A stretch of DNA of 64,000 bases from Lingula anatina (lineage: Eukaryota; Animalia; Brachiopoda): positions 7,254,001 to 7,318,000 of the forward strand of contig CM120642.1 in the NCBI GenBank assembly GCA_051362555.1. Reading direction: 5' to 3'. The stretch's first letter is position 1, and the number at the start of each line of letters is the position of its first letter. Under the pieces are notes generated by a model, which did no database searches, was not told the DNA's origin, and saw only the letters and a list, made by a program, of their open reading frames with translations. Position numbers and translations under genes: made by a program. Shown in pieces: positions 28,901 to 39,294 of this stretch.

Positions 28901-31900
28901 GATTTTGGTCACATATAATCTCAACTTGAACCCCCTGGTCTTTTTGTCTCAGTCGGTGCATTGGCCTGGGCGTGGCACTCGTTATAATGCACCCTTGTCA
29001 AAATTTTTGAAAATTCAATGCTAAATATCTCCCATACCGAAGGAATTATGTGAAAAATTTCTACAGATGGCTGACCGAAAGTCATATGTGGAGATTTCAA
29101 ATATGCCCTTGGATTTGACCTTTGACCTTTATTTCAAGGTCAAACGGGCCAAAATTTTCTAAAAATGGGAATTTTTTGCAAAAAAATTATTATTTTATGC
29201 CGATTTTCAGAAACTTCACAGATCTCACTTATAATATTATGGACAGGTGTTACCCTTAGGGTCTTCTTTCATCTTCGTGAGTTTGGGGTCAATCGGTGCA
29301 TTTTCACGGGAGTAGCGGCCATTAGATGCCAAAACTGAAAACTCTCTCAAATTCTGGAACTGTTAATGCCAGAGACCTGTTGTTTTTTGCATTTTGTAGA
29401 GCTTGTCAAGCGCAACAATGAAGGTGGTGTCCGTTTTTTGTTTTCGATACGGCTTAGGCATTGTACTATATCGACAGTTCAACATCCAATATTTAGTGGT
29501 GAAAATAAAATGTGAAATACTACAAAATTAGCAGAGATACACCCATAGTTACTATTGAACTTGAATAGGAAGTCATATACTTGTAATCTAACTGACCTTG
29601 AAATTGACCTTTGACCTACTTTTCATGATGAACTGCACTTTGCAAGTTTTCTGATTTTTATATCTCCAAAACTGGCAAAGATATGCCCATAGTTACTATT
29701 GAACTTGAATAGGAAGTCATATACTTGTAATCTAACTGTGATCCTGAAATTGACCTCTGACCTAATTTTCACCATGAACTGAACTTTGCAAATTTTCTAG
29801 CCCTTATATCTCTTAAACTGGCAAAGATACGCCCATAGCTACTGTTGAACTTGAGTAGGAAGTCATATACTGGCAATCTTACTGTGACCTTAAAATTGAC
29901 CTCTGACCTACTTTTCACCATGAACTGAACTTTGCAAATTTTCTCTCCCTTATATCTTGAAAACTGGCAGAGATACGCCATTAGTTACTATTGAACTTCA
30001 ATAGGAAGTCATATACTGGCAATCAAACTGTGACCTTGAAATTGACCTCTGACCTACTTTACACCATGAACTGAACTTTGCAAATTTTGGTTCCCTTTTC
30101 TCTCTAAAACTTGCAGAGATATGTCCATAGTTACTATTGAACTTGAATAGGAAGTCACATACTGGCAATTTACTGTGACCTTAAAATTGACCTTTGACCT
30201 ACTTTTTACCATGAACTGAACTTTGCAAAATTTTGTTCCCTTTTATCTCCAAAACTGGCAGAGATAGGTCCATAGTTACTATTGAACTTGAATAGGAAGT
30301 CATATACTGGCAATCTAGGAGTGACCTTTAAATTGACCTTTGACCTAATTTTCATCATGAATTGAACTTTGCAAATTTTGGTTCCCTTTTATTTCCAAAA
30401 CTGGCAGAGATAGGTCTATAGTTACTATTGAAGTTGAATAGGAAGTCACATACTGGCAATTTATCTGTGACCTCGAAATTGACCTTTGACCTACTTTTTA
30501 CCATGAACTGAACTTTGCAACTTTTTTAATGCTTATACTTTCAAAACTGGAAAAGATATGCCCATAGTTACTATTGAACTTGAATAGGAAGTCATATACT
30601 GGCAATTTACTGTGACCTTAAAATTAACCTTTGACCTACTTTTTACCATGAACTGAACTTTGCAAATTTCCATTCCCTTTTATCTCCAAAACTGGCAGAG
30701 AAAGGTCCATAGTTACTATTGAACTTGAATAGGAAGTAATACACTGGCAATCTAACTGTGACCTTGAAATTGACCTTTGACCTAATTTTTATGATGAACT
30801 GCTTTTTGCATGTTTTCTGGCCTTTAAATCTGCAAAACTTGAAAAGAAATGCCCATGGTTACTATTGAACTTGAATAGAAATTCATATACTATGATGTTG
30901 AAATTGACTTTGACCTACTTTTTCACCATGAACTGAGCTTTGCATATTTTCTTGCTCCTCATATCTTTAAAACTAGCAGAGATGTGCCTGGTGTTGCCCC
31001 TAAGTTTTCTCTTTTGTCAGCATATATGCACCACTGACAACACATTTTAAGGAAAACCAATAGGCCTTTTGTCTAGAGAATCACAGGAGTGATCAATGGT
31101 AGGAAAATGCAGGTCAGTTCGAAAATCTGCTTGATTGTACCATTTTGATTCATATTTTTTGGCATATTTTGAGAACTCTTGTTGATTGCATTTTATAGAG
31201 CTTGTCAAGCCCTTTTTTTTGGGGGGGGGGTTCCATACGAATGCGCTTACTCCAGCTGGTGGTACAATATCCGGAGGCGGTATCGCCTCTCTGATCCTCT
31301 AGTTTTATTATGACTGTTAGGGCATAGTACCAAAAGGGGATGCATATGTCATAGGTTTTAAATGGTAACGAAAGTGTGTGAAGTTGCGAGTAAAATTCTT
31401 GCCACTAAAATTGAAGATTGATGGTGCATCCTCACATATAGCAAGGAAGGGTTGATTGAATTTTATTTTATTTTATTTTATTTTTTATTTTTTATTTTAT
31501 TTTTTTGCCTTATTGCTGGAATCACTTCATAAATATTATGTTAGAATATTCCATACTTTTTAACAAGAGTGTTTATCATAATAACCTTATTATGATTCTT
31601 TTTCTCCAATGAGAAAAAAACTTTTAGAGATGGTTCCAGTATAGATATTCCTTAAAGCTAGGTAAAAATGAAAACATTTTAAGTAAAACAAATAGTATAA
31701 TCTCTGAAATCAATTATCTTTACTTCATCTAGCAACCCATCAGTACAGAGTAAAACAGCTCTAGGCGTGGCTGCTTTTGTTTGCGATGCTGACACCAGGG
31801 CAGAGTTTCGTAATGCAGGAGGCTTAGAACCACTGGTTGCAATGTTGAACTCTGGGAATGCTGAAGTACGGCGCAGTGCATCATGGGCCATTACAGTATG

Positions 31901-32417
31901 TGCTGTGGATGAACCAACAGCAATGGAGATTGCTAGATTAGGGTAAGTATGATCATGTGTTATATAGAGCATTAAGTTTGGTTTCAGTATGTAATAGATG
32001 CACCACAAGTGGGCAAGGTTAATGTGATGTTCACAAGTGTTAAGTATAAATGTATAGCACATCAGTCTTACTAACAATTGGTTTGTATTTTTTTAAAATA
32101 TGACTTACACCATAATGTTGGATGTCAAGAATAAAAGAGCCATCCATGAAGTAACTCATACTTTTTGTGATAAGTGTAGCAATCTTCTGATAAATTTATA
32201 CTTTGTCAGTAAAGAAGAATATTCACTGTTGTTTATGATGTATTTATTGGACCGTGTGTGTTTTTTCAGTGGTCTAGACATTCTACAAACTATCCAACAG
32301 TCAGGCTCAAGAAAGAACTGCTTTACTGATGTGGCTTTGGACAGGCTTCTAGACAGCAACCTATCAGCAAAATATGCACTGACTGGACTGCTGGGTAATT
32401 ATAGCACTCACACGTGT

Positions 32418-32472
<55 letters not shown>

Positions 32473-32604
32473 GACACATGCCAACTCCATAGGCAGAGGG
32501 GAGAAGGGTTGTATGATTTCAAGCAAACTACCCTTTTGAATGTGAAAAGGTTCATTCTAAATAAAAAAGAATTATTAAGTTTTATGCTGTTGTCTGTAGT
32601 CCTG

Positions 32605-32649
<45 letters not shown>

Positions 32650-35600
32650 GCACACATACACACACACATACACACAAGCACGCATGCACCCAACTATCAC
32701 TTCATTCCTGTATTTGTCTTCTTCAATTAGAATATTTCTCACTGAAAAAACTTATACAATTTTGATTTCTTGACAATATTTAAGTTTGACAAATTATCAA
32801 TCCTCATGACTTTGCAAGACTGAAATGAAGAAAATTCTGCCTTGCAGGCACAGGAAATCTAATCACTGATGGATTCTTTGACCCTGGTCAGCTGCGTCCA
32901 GGCACCAAGCTTGGGTCACTGGAGGACTACTGTAAGATGGAGGTGGACCAGAGGAGACCAGTGCTACTCATTAGTTTTAGGACAGAGTATGTATTGGGCA
33001 CAGGCACATACAGAATACCCATATTAAAAAATCCGTATTTAATGTAATGCATACAAAAATTGTGCTCAATATTGTAAACTGGCCATCATGCTTTTTGAGG
33101 AGACATGGATTTACTAGTTGAATTAAAGTATATTGATGCATTTTGTTGAGAAAGTACACAGAACCAATCATTAATTAGAGGCTTAATTTTAGTTATTTAT
33201 TTTTGTCTATTTTAACATATTCCAGTGGGCCCACCACCCCTATGCCTTCTGATGTGGATGTCAGACAAGATGGCTCCAACAAGGCCGCTCTGGCAGCAAA
33301 ACAGTCCAAGTCTGTGAAAGACGCCTCTCGTGTGTATGTGTCTCATTTTTTACATCTTTTTAAATATAATGGAAGTGCTTTCCTGGCACCAGAGCAAGTA
33401 TCAGTATGTAAAAAACCAGTATTAAAAGACAAAATTTGTTTCTTTAGAGTTTGTTTTATCGTTTTCTTGATATCTCTTAATTGATGTGTGCTGTTCATTT
33501 AAAAAAAAAAAGAAAAGTTGTTATGCTAGTTTATGCACATTTATTTTTCTTATTGCACCAACTTGTCACATTCAGCACAATATGAGATTTGTTCTCTGTA
33601 ATGTTCTATTTTTGAGCACTTCACTTGGGTCATATTTCATTTCATGCTGTGGTCACGTTTTCACAATTTCCACCACTTTGTTTCTAGTGACTCAGCTAAC
33701 TTAAAGGCTGATTCGTAAGTAATCTTACAGGACATGATTTAACTATGATATCTTTTATATGCCTGACTCAGCTTTCATTTTGACTAACAGTAATTTTCTT
33801 TTTTTGTAACCCTATATGGTAGAGTTAGATCTTCATGGTGTATGGTTCTTATTCATTAACTTGAAAGTTCATTAACTAACAAATTTGATTATTTTTATAC
33901 TTCCCATTTGTTGGTATGCCTGAGAAAGATTCATAAGTTCTGAAAAACAATTTAGATGGATGTTATAAATTTTCATCTTTTATTTATTAATTTATTTATT
34001 TTAAAACATTTTTTTAATTTCTGTAAAATGATGAACTATATAAAAATAACATATCTGAACAAATAATTTGCAGTTTAAGAATAATTTTAGTAATATCTTC
34101 ATTTTAGGTTTTTCTGACTATATCACTTACAATGTTTCATTTACCAAGAGATTTTAATTTTAGCTGTTATGAAATCTGATATTAACTTTCCTACTGGCAT
34201 TGTTTTGGTAGTCCAAAAATCATCATTTGTACCGTACTTAAGGAAACCATTAAGAAAGCTTACAGCCACTTATAGGGGTCATTTACATTGACATGTATTC
34301 TGCCTGATGAGACAGGCTGGTCATATACTAACCTGTAAGCCTTCATGATTGTTACCCTTGTGTACAAATAATGAACTGTGGATGATATCTGTACCAAGTT
34401 GGTGAATAACTTTGCTCAGTATTTGGTTCTTCCTTTCACAACTGTCCGTAATATATTTGCATGTTGCAGGCATTGGTGTATTCTTTGCAGTCTGTAGATA
34501 ACTCAAGTTTATATATCATTGCAATATTTTATTTCCTGTCAATAATAAACTTAGTATTTAGATATGCATATTTATTAATTCATGTAGCATTTTTCATGTA
34601 TAACATATGGACTTTCTAGTAGTCTGTTTTATATTTGTTTCATTGGAGGAAAATTGGAATTTCTAACAAAATTAGATAGAATGGTGCTGACTTTTAAAAG
34701 TTTGAAACTTATAACAGCATGAAAGTGATTATGAATATCTTTGATTATATTAATGCAATATATATTTATAACATATATTTTACTATTTTCTTTGGGTAAT
34801 TTTTCATTAATAACAATTAACATGTAAGACCAACACATCACCCTGGACCTCTGCCTCAAAGTTTTAGAGCTTTCTTTGAAACTCATCCTCCTGAACCAAT
34901 ATATTATAGATTGGTTGGAGAGCATTTACAGACAAGTTGATTTGGTATCATGCAAAATGAATTTTACAATTTACCAAACCCAATTTGACTAGTCAAGACT
35001 TTAGTGGTCATCTTGAATTAAGTTTTCATTACCTATCGATTTTATATTTAGAGAAATGGATTGATTAGAGCTGTTTTTAACCTGCGGTATATTTGCCTAA
35101 GCTACAAATAGACTGACATCTTGAAAAAACAAAGACTGTATTCACAGTCAGCATTTTCTGTTAAGAAACATCTAAAACAAACAATGTACATTGGCAATGT
35201 TTATTGGATCCCAAAGGGCTCCATAACTTTGGATGGCATCTTTGTGAAGCTACAAATGTAAACATTGTATTTTTAGGGCACGTACGAAGTCTCAGCGTGA
35301 TCGTGATGACAAGTCGCGCGAGGAGGAGGCTATGAACAGAGACGGTGAACAAGGACAGGAGGAGAGCACATTCATTCATCCACCTGACTCAAATTTTGCA
35401 AAATACATGGAAGAGGTCCAGGAGAAAGTGCAGCCACTTAATACAACTAAGGAACAAGTGGTGGCACTGGCACAGTAAGGCTGCTTCCACATTTTGTCCT
35501 TTTTCACATCAGGTGTAAACTGTGAAAAGTTCACATCAGGTGTAACTTAACTAGGAGTCAGTTTAAATCAGTGCTTTCCACCCAAATAGGTTTACATAAA

Positions 35601-36957
35601 AACTTATTTGTTTGCTCTTTGGCTTTCTGTATAATGAAATATTTTTCCACAAAAATATCAGCTTGTCCTAGATTAAGCCAATGACAATTTTTGGGAAAAC
35701 TGATAAGCAGAATTTCCGTTTTATTTGTTTGTTTAATTTTATTCTCTTACATAATTTTTATTTGAATTTTATTTATTGCCAGTAACAAAATGATGTCACA
35801 TTTTATAGATATGTAGCAGACAAGATGGGAGGAGCCATAGAACGTGGCCAACTAGCCAACTTCAGCTACGAGCTCCCCATCAGCCAAATTAAGTTTGATC
35901 TCAAGTCCAATGTCATCCCCATTGGGATGATCAAGACAGGGATTCACTACCACAGGGCCTTGTTGTTCAAGGTGAGAGTTAGTTCACCTACCTGCCTCTG
36001 GACCCACATGGAATGGCAAATTTAAATTTTGCTAGTTTGTTCACTTACTGGCCAGAAGAGTTTTAGATGCTTGTTTCATCTCCCAAGGCTCTAGCTGACT
36101 CTGTAATGAGTGGGTATACATCACACTTTTATGATTATACCATATAGTCCACCTCTGTCGATAAGCTACCAGTAGATGTAATTTTTTTTTCTTTTTTTTA
36201 TAGAATATCAAGATATTTATTTTTTCTCCCCAGGCTCTTGCTGACAGTGTGGCTGTACCTTGCACACTACAGAGAGGAGAATACAACAGAGCATGGAATG
36301 AAGTGTGGATCACAGATGATGATGGAGCTGTGAGTATCTCTAAATCTTGTCAATGAAAATTGATTTTGACCAAAAATGACATGTTTGTGACCATGATTAA
36401 ATTTGCAGAACTTTTACAGCTTATAAAGTTGTGATTGAAACTCTTTTTTAAAAAATGTCAGATTTTGATCAAAAGTAAAGAATCAATTTAAGGACACTTT
36501 CAATAAAATACACTGTATTGTTATTACTCAATGATTCAGAATCAATTCAAACTAAGTTGTTTAATTTTATTTTTCAAAACAATGTTTTGGTTTCTTATAA
36601 AGACAACCTACAAAAGGGAATAAATTTCATGCAACATAAGAAACTCTTGTTGTGATCAAATAGGAATAAAAAATACCTTAGAATAATATTTTTAGAATGA
36701 ATCAGTAAGCAATTTGAGAGAAATAACCACAATTGACATCTGATTACAGTTTACGATGGAGCGCTTAAGTTTTTCCCAAAGGTGAATTGTTACTCATTAA
36801 TTAATTCATTGACAGCATTATTAATTTTATTTATGTCTGCTTTCAGCCTGGTGCGCCCAAGTTTCCCCCAAAAGCATACATTGTTGACTTGATTCACCAC
36901 CCTGGAGACCTGATGAGGAGTGATTCTGCTGAAGCAGTGCAGTACCAGAGACTCTAG
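23309..36957 (+). CDS. ARMC3: Armadillo repeat-containing protein 3 (whole spliced gene, 20 coding exons, ~882 aa)
   Basis: Manual splicing gives a continuous frame (exon lengths sum to 2649 nt). The N-terminus MGKKVKKEEKTAPDDVFDTLLVESRQAATVVLMLDSPEEEVQSKACEAIYKF closely matches my recollection of the vertebrate ARMC3 N-terminus. Multiple ARM repeats (e.g. GGIEPLIGML, GGLEPLVAML) and a C-terminal GIHYHRALLFKALAD...RGEYNRAWNEV domain are present. Confidence 0.95.
23793..23910 (+). CDS. ARMC3: ARMC3 coding exon 2 (FDTLLVESRQ...KFVDK)
   Basis: ctccAG acceptor, GTGAGT donor, in frame. Confidence 0.93.
24366..24491 (+). CDS. ARMC3: ARMC3 coding exon 3 (DENKKVLMDLGAVEK...SAH)
   Basis: ttcAG / GTAAGT, in frame. 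Confidence 0.93.
24497..24588. repeat. (CT)n-(CA)n compound microsatellite directly after a splice donor
   Basis: Directly visible. Confidence 0.95.
24723..24794 (+). CDS. ARMC3: ARMC3 coding exon 4 (DVRKLLRKQEECIPTVVSLLNPE)
   Basis: tacAG / GTAAAT, phase-compatible. Confidence 0.9.
25111..25286 (+). CDS. ARMC3: ARMC3 coding exon 5 (DTVCHEFAAMCL...HMLQ)
   Basis: ttcAG / GTGAGT. Confidence 0.92.
25785..25911 (+). CDS. ARMC3: ARMC3 coding exon 6 (DYQARTAINELNG...AQD)
   Basis: ccAG / GTAAGT. Confidence 0.92.
25921..25966. repeat. (ATT)n microsatellite
   Basis: Directly visible. Confidence 0.95.
26215..26354 (+). CDS. ARMC3: ARMC3 coding exon 7 (ENRATLREIEA...ESME)
   Basis: tttAG / GTGAGT. 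Confidence 0.92.
26645..26789 (+). CDS. ARMC3: ARMC3 coding exon 8 (QIKESGGLQKLVAF...Gly/Lys-rich linker)
   Basis: atcAG / GTAACA, phase-compatible. Confidence 0.88.
27088..27195 (+). CDS. ARMC3: ARMC3 coding exon 9 (ESKHKGK...ARAAKN)
   Basis: ttcAG / GTATTT. Confidence 0.9.
27519..27671 (+). CDS. ARMC3: ARMC3 coding exon 10 (ENRKVLHEQEVEK...IREW)
   Basis: tccAG / GTAAGA. Confidence 0.92.
28093..28201 (+). CDS. ARMC3: ARMC3 coding exon 11 (GIEPLVKLLKSD...NNC)
   Basis: ttcAG / GTAAGT. Confidence 0.92.
28494..28670 (+). CDS. ARMC3: ARMC3 coding exon 12 (EVINFGGIEPL...PLRS)
   Basis: ttcAG / GTGGGT. Confidence 0.9.
28712..31306 (+). mobile_element. Non-autonomous Helentron/HINE-like element, copy 2, in an ARMC3 intron
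   Basis: 5' subTIR GTACCACCAGC (28716-28726) within a palindrome, 3' subTIR GCTGGTGGTAC (31255-31265), hairpin at 31274-31289, CTAG at 31299-31302 followed by TTTT, and an internal tandem array. No Rep/helicase ORF. Confidence 0.82.
29520..30985 (+). repeat. Internal tandem array, about 10 x ~146 bp
   Basis: The motif CCATAGTTACTATTGAACTTGAATAGGAAGTCA recurs at about 29543, 29687, 29833, 29978, 30125, 30270, 30416, 30562, 30707 and 30853. Confidence 0.92.
31733..31942 (+). CDS. ARMC3: ARMC3 coding exon 13 (NPSVQSKTALGVAAF...IARL)
   Basis: tctAG / GTAAGT; ARM repeat. Confidence 0.92.
32270..32394 (+). CDS. ARMC3: ARMC3 coding exon 14 (GLDILQTIQQ...LSAKYALTGLL)
   Basis: ttcAG / GTAATT. Confidence 0.92.
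32419..32680. repeat. Two (CA)n microsatellites (about 32419-32467 and 32606-32680)
   Basis: Directly visible. Confidence 0.95.
32848..32986 (+). CDS. ARMC3: ARMC3 coding exon 15 (TGNLITDGFFDPG...LISFRT)
   Basis: tgcAG / GTATGT. Confidence 0.9.
33226..33333 (+). CDS. ARMC3: ARMC3 coding exon 16 (GPTTPMPSDVD...DASR)
   Basis: tccAG / GTATGT; the phase-2 donor matches the next exon. Confidence 0.82.
33688..33714 (+). CDS. ARMC3: Candidate 27-nt in-frame microexon of ARMC3 (DSANLKAD)
   Basis: Pyrimidine tract with tttctAG acceptor, perfect GTAAGT donor, symmetric phase 2-2, no stop codon. Confidence 0.6.
35277..35474 (+). CDS. ARMC3: ARMC3 coding exon 17 (ARTKSQRDRDDK...VVALA)
   Basis: tttAG / GTAAGG. 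Confidence 0.9.
35809..35971 (+). CDS. ARMC3: ARMC3 coding exon 18 (YVADKMGG...HRALLFK)
   Basis: tatAG / GTGAGA. Confidence 0.93.
36234..36329 (+). CDS. ARMC3: ARMC3 coding exon 19 (ALADSVAVPCTLQRGEYNRAWNEV...)
   Basis: cccAG / GTGAGT. Confidence 0.93.
36847..36957 (+). CDS. ARMC3: ARMC3 last coding exon (PGAPKFPPKAYIVDLIHHPGDL...YQRL*)
   Basis: ttcAG acceptor; TAG stop at 36955-36957. Confidence 0.93.
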   Translation, partial: PGAPKFPPKAYIVDLIHHPGDLMRSDSAEAVQYQRL

Positions 36958-37564
36958 GTCAATTTACAGCAGGAGAAACTACTGGAGAACCCATACAACA
37001 TCATAATGTTATAAAACTTGCAAATTTACATCAATTTCTGTAACAGAAGAAAGAGGACTTATGAAATATCAGCTTGAAATCGGGGATGGGGAGCAGGGAT
37101 TGACATTTTCCAATATAGATGGATATAGATGGCTCAAAATAATATCACTTTTTTTTTCATTGGCTTTGTTGAACACAGTGGTATTTACAGTCTGAGTCAT
37201 GCCATAAAATTTTTGCATAAATTTCAGAAACCAAGTGCTTTGTGATGCATAGTGTTTCTGTCCATCTGTGTCTCTGTGATCCGCAGATAAAAAACTCCCT
37301 ACCTTTATGATGATTTTTTTCAGTGAAGTATTTGTAATGAATATATATTGTATATATGTACATATGTCAGTAAAAACTTGACAGGCATGCGGACAGAAAT
37401 CGTCTTGACTATTTCTATTGTATTTTTTTTTTTTTATTATTATAGCAATTTTATTTATTTAGATTTATTTTTTGAGCAGAATGTCATTCACTGATTACCA
37501 AGGAAGGTCTATCTATTAAATTGAAATTTATTGTTCATATAAATATCATTGTACATAATTGTGA

Positions 37565-37570
37565 AATAAA
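37565..37570 (+). terminator. Probable polyadenylation signal of ARMC3
   Basis: AATAAA about 610 nt after the stop codon, at the end of an AT-rich 3' UTR; an ATTAAA lies about 50 nt upstream. Confidence 0.55.
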
Positions 37571-39044
37571 AGATTATAAATACCTTACGCTCTGATTGTT
37601 ATATAGTGAGGTACAGGGATACCTCTGTGCACCGGCAACAATGCTCCTCGCACCTCTATGTCAATTCAAGTTTCATCGATGGCGTAGCTGGAGATCAAAT
37701 GGAAACCTTTTACCTTCTCACGGAGAGGGCCAGTTTGGATATACACGTATATATCTCCAGTTACGATCGATAGCCTGGGTGCTGCATTTCTTTCCCGAGC
37801 CACGACAGGCCACGAACATGGTCTTCTGCTCATGAACGTTGACGTTTGTCACGTCCACTAGACCTTGTTTGACAACCTGGAACGGAGCCTTCCTACATAG
37901 ATGACTTTCTTTTACTTTCAGTCATTGAGAAAGTGTTTGCTTCAACTATGACGGTAAAAAGACGCAATGGTATCAAAGGCCGTTCACACCGGGGCGGTTT
38001 TAGTTTAAGCAAGCCCCTACGAAAAGGGATTCTTTAAAAAAGTGCAAGTGTTCAAAGACTGGTGCGCTTTCCATTCTAGCAATTGGGAGGATACAGAATT
38101 TGAGAAAAAAACATATTTGGCGTATAACTCCACCCACAAGATACCATCTTTTTCTGTTGAATGCGATTTACGAGTGATGCGACGTGATTCTACTGTATAC
38201 AGGCAAAGTTACTGAATCATTTCAATTTCGGTCGCTTTTATTGATAAACCTGCCTGTCATGTTCCTAGCTATATGATTTCAAATGATTTTATTTCCATTT
38301 TGTGTTACACTGAGGTTACGTTTGACTTCGCCTGTGGCGTTATAGAGCACGTTGAGATCCAAAGTGGTTTACACCTTGACGATTTTAGTTTTGAGTAGTC
38401 TTTGCCATTTGAAATGCAGACCGTGGAATTACCCCGGGGACTGTGTGACCATACGAACAGTCTTCATAAGCAAAGGACATGAGAAAAAAATGTATGAATG
38501 GGTAAAGCAATAGCGGCAACGCTACTTTTGAAAAAAAAAAATTGAGAACTTTTCTTGCAGATTATCCCAACGAGAAAATAGCACTTTTCCATGAAATGGC
38601 AGTATTACATGCGTGGCGCCGTATCGGGTCAGCAATTGACTCGATTCAAGTTTGACATGTGACGTACCTGGAAAAAGATAGAGTTCAATGAGCTTACCCT
38701 CGTCAACACCATTTTGAGGTCTTTTAAGTGAAGAGAAAGGAAGTGTTATTGACGATTCAGTCTTGATGAGAATGACCAGCAAAAAGTCTATGTCAAGTCG
38801 ATCACTTATTGTAAACTATGCCGTTTTTTATGCAAAAGGTTCATATCAAATCACCGTATTTATCTTTAAGTAATAAATCTACTAAAAAAGATGTAAGATC
38901 TTCATAGATGCACCACTGTGACAACAACTTTTTTATTAATGGTGCAAAAGGTAATTTGCGAGGACCCACGAGAGGCTGCATTCGCTCCTGTGGCTTCCCA
39001 CTCCCAGCGCCAGTTCGATGACGTTGTTGTGGTAGACTGACGTG

Positions 39045-39130
39045 CGTCTTCTGGGATTCGAACCCGTGACTCTACGTTTTTGCATTTGTTTTTTGCAGCC
39101 GTGCACGCTACCGACTGCGCCGTGACAGAC
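39045..39130 (-). pseudogene. tRNA-like Pol III cassette A (representative copy; one per monomer)
   Basis: Minus strand GTCTGTCACGGCGCAGTCGGTAGCGTGCACGGCTGCAAAAAACAAATGCAAAAACGTAGAGTCACGGGTTCGAATCCCAGAAGACG. It has an intact D arm (GCGC/GCGT), an A-box-like GGCGCAGTCGG and a perfect B box GGTTCGAATCC. The acceptor, anticodon and T stems are mismatched. Confidence 0.65.
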
Positions 39131-39210
39131 CCGCCCACCCTCAGTACGTACGAGTTTCCTTTTATAGTAATCGAACTCAATTTGTGCAAATTATTTCTGG
39201 AATAAAAATA

Positions 39211-39294
39211 ATTCGTCGCATCTTCGGACTCGAACCCGCGTACGTGGGTCTGTCAGTTTTCCAGTCGGCAAAGTTACCACGGAGCCAGACAAAC
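39211..39294 (-). pseudogene. tRNA-like Pol III cassette B (representative copy; one per monomer)
   Basis: On the minus strand: A-box-like TGGCTCCGTGG (39277-39287), perfect B box GGTTCGAGTCC (39226-39236), terminal pairing GTTTGTC/GACGAAT, and a T5 run immediately 3' (39204-39208). The cloverleaf is otherwise degenerate. Confidence 0.55.

Noticed and set aside
24316-32730. Poly-ER/SL/HT/VC/Y low-complexity ORFs
   Set aside because: They are microsatellite translations in introns or antisense to ARMC3 exons.
38076-38100. AATTGGGAGGATACAG resembles U6 snRNA AATTGGAACGATACAGAG
   Set aside because: The ACAGAGA box is not intact, no downstream U6 sequence follows, and the adjacent segment is deleted in three monomers.
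38660-38700. Minus-strand GTAAGC...TTTTTCCAG|GTACGT splice-like signals in each monomer
   Set aside because: The implied 30-nt intron is too short for a typical animal, and no coherent exon chain could be built.
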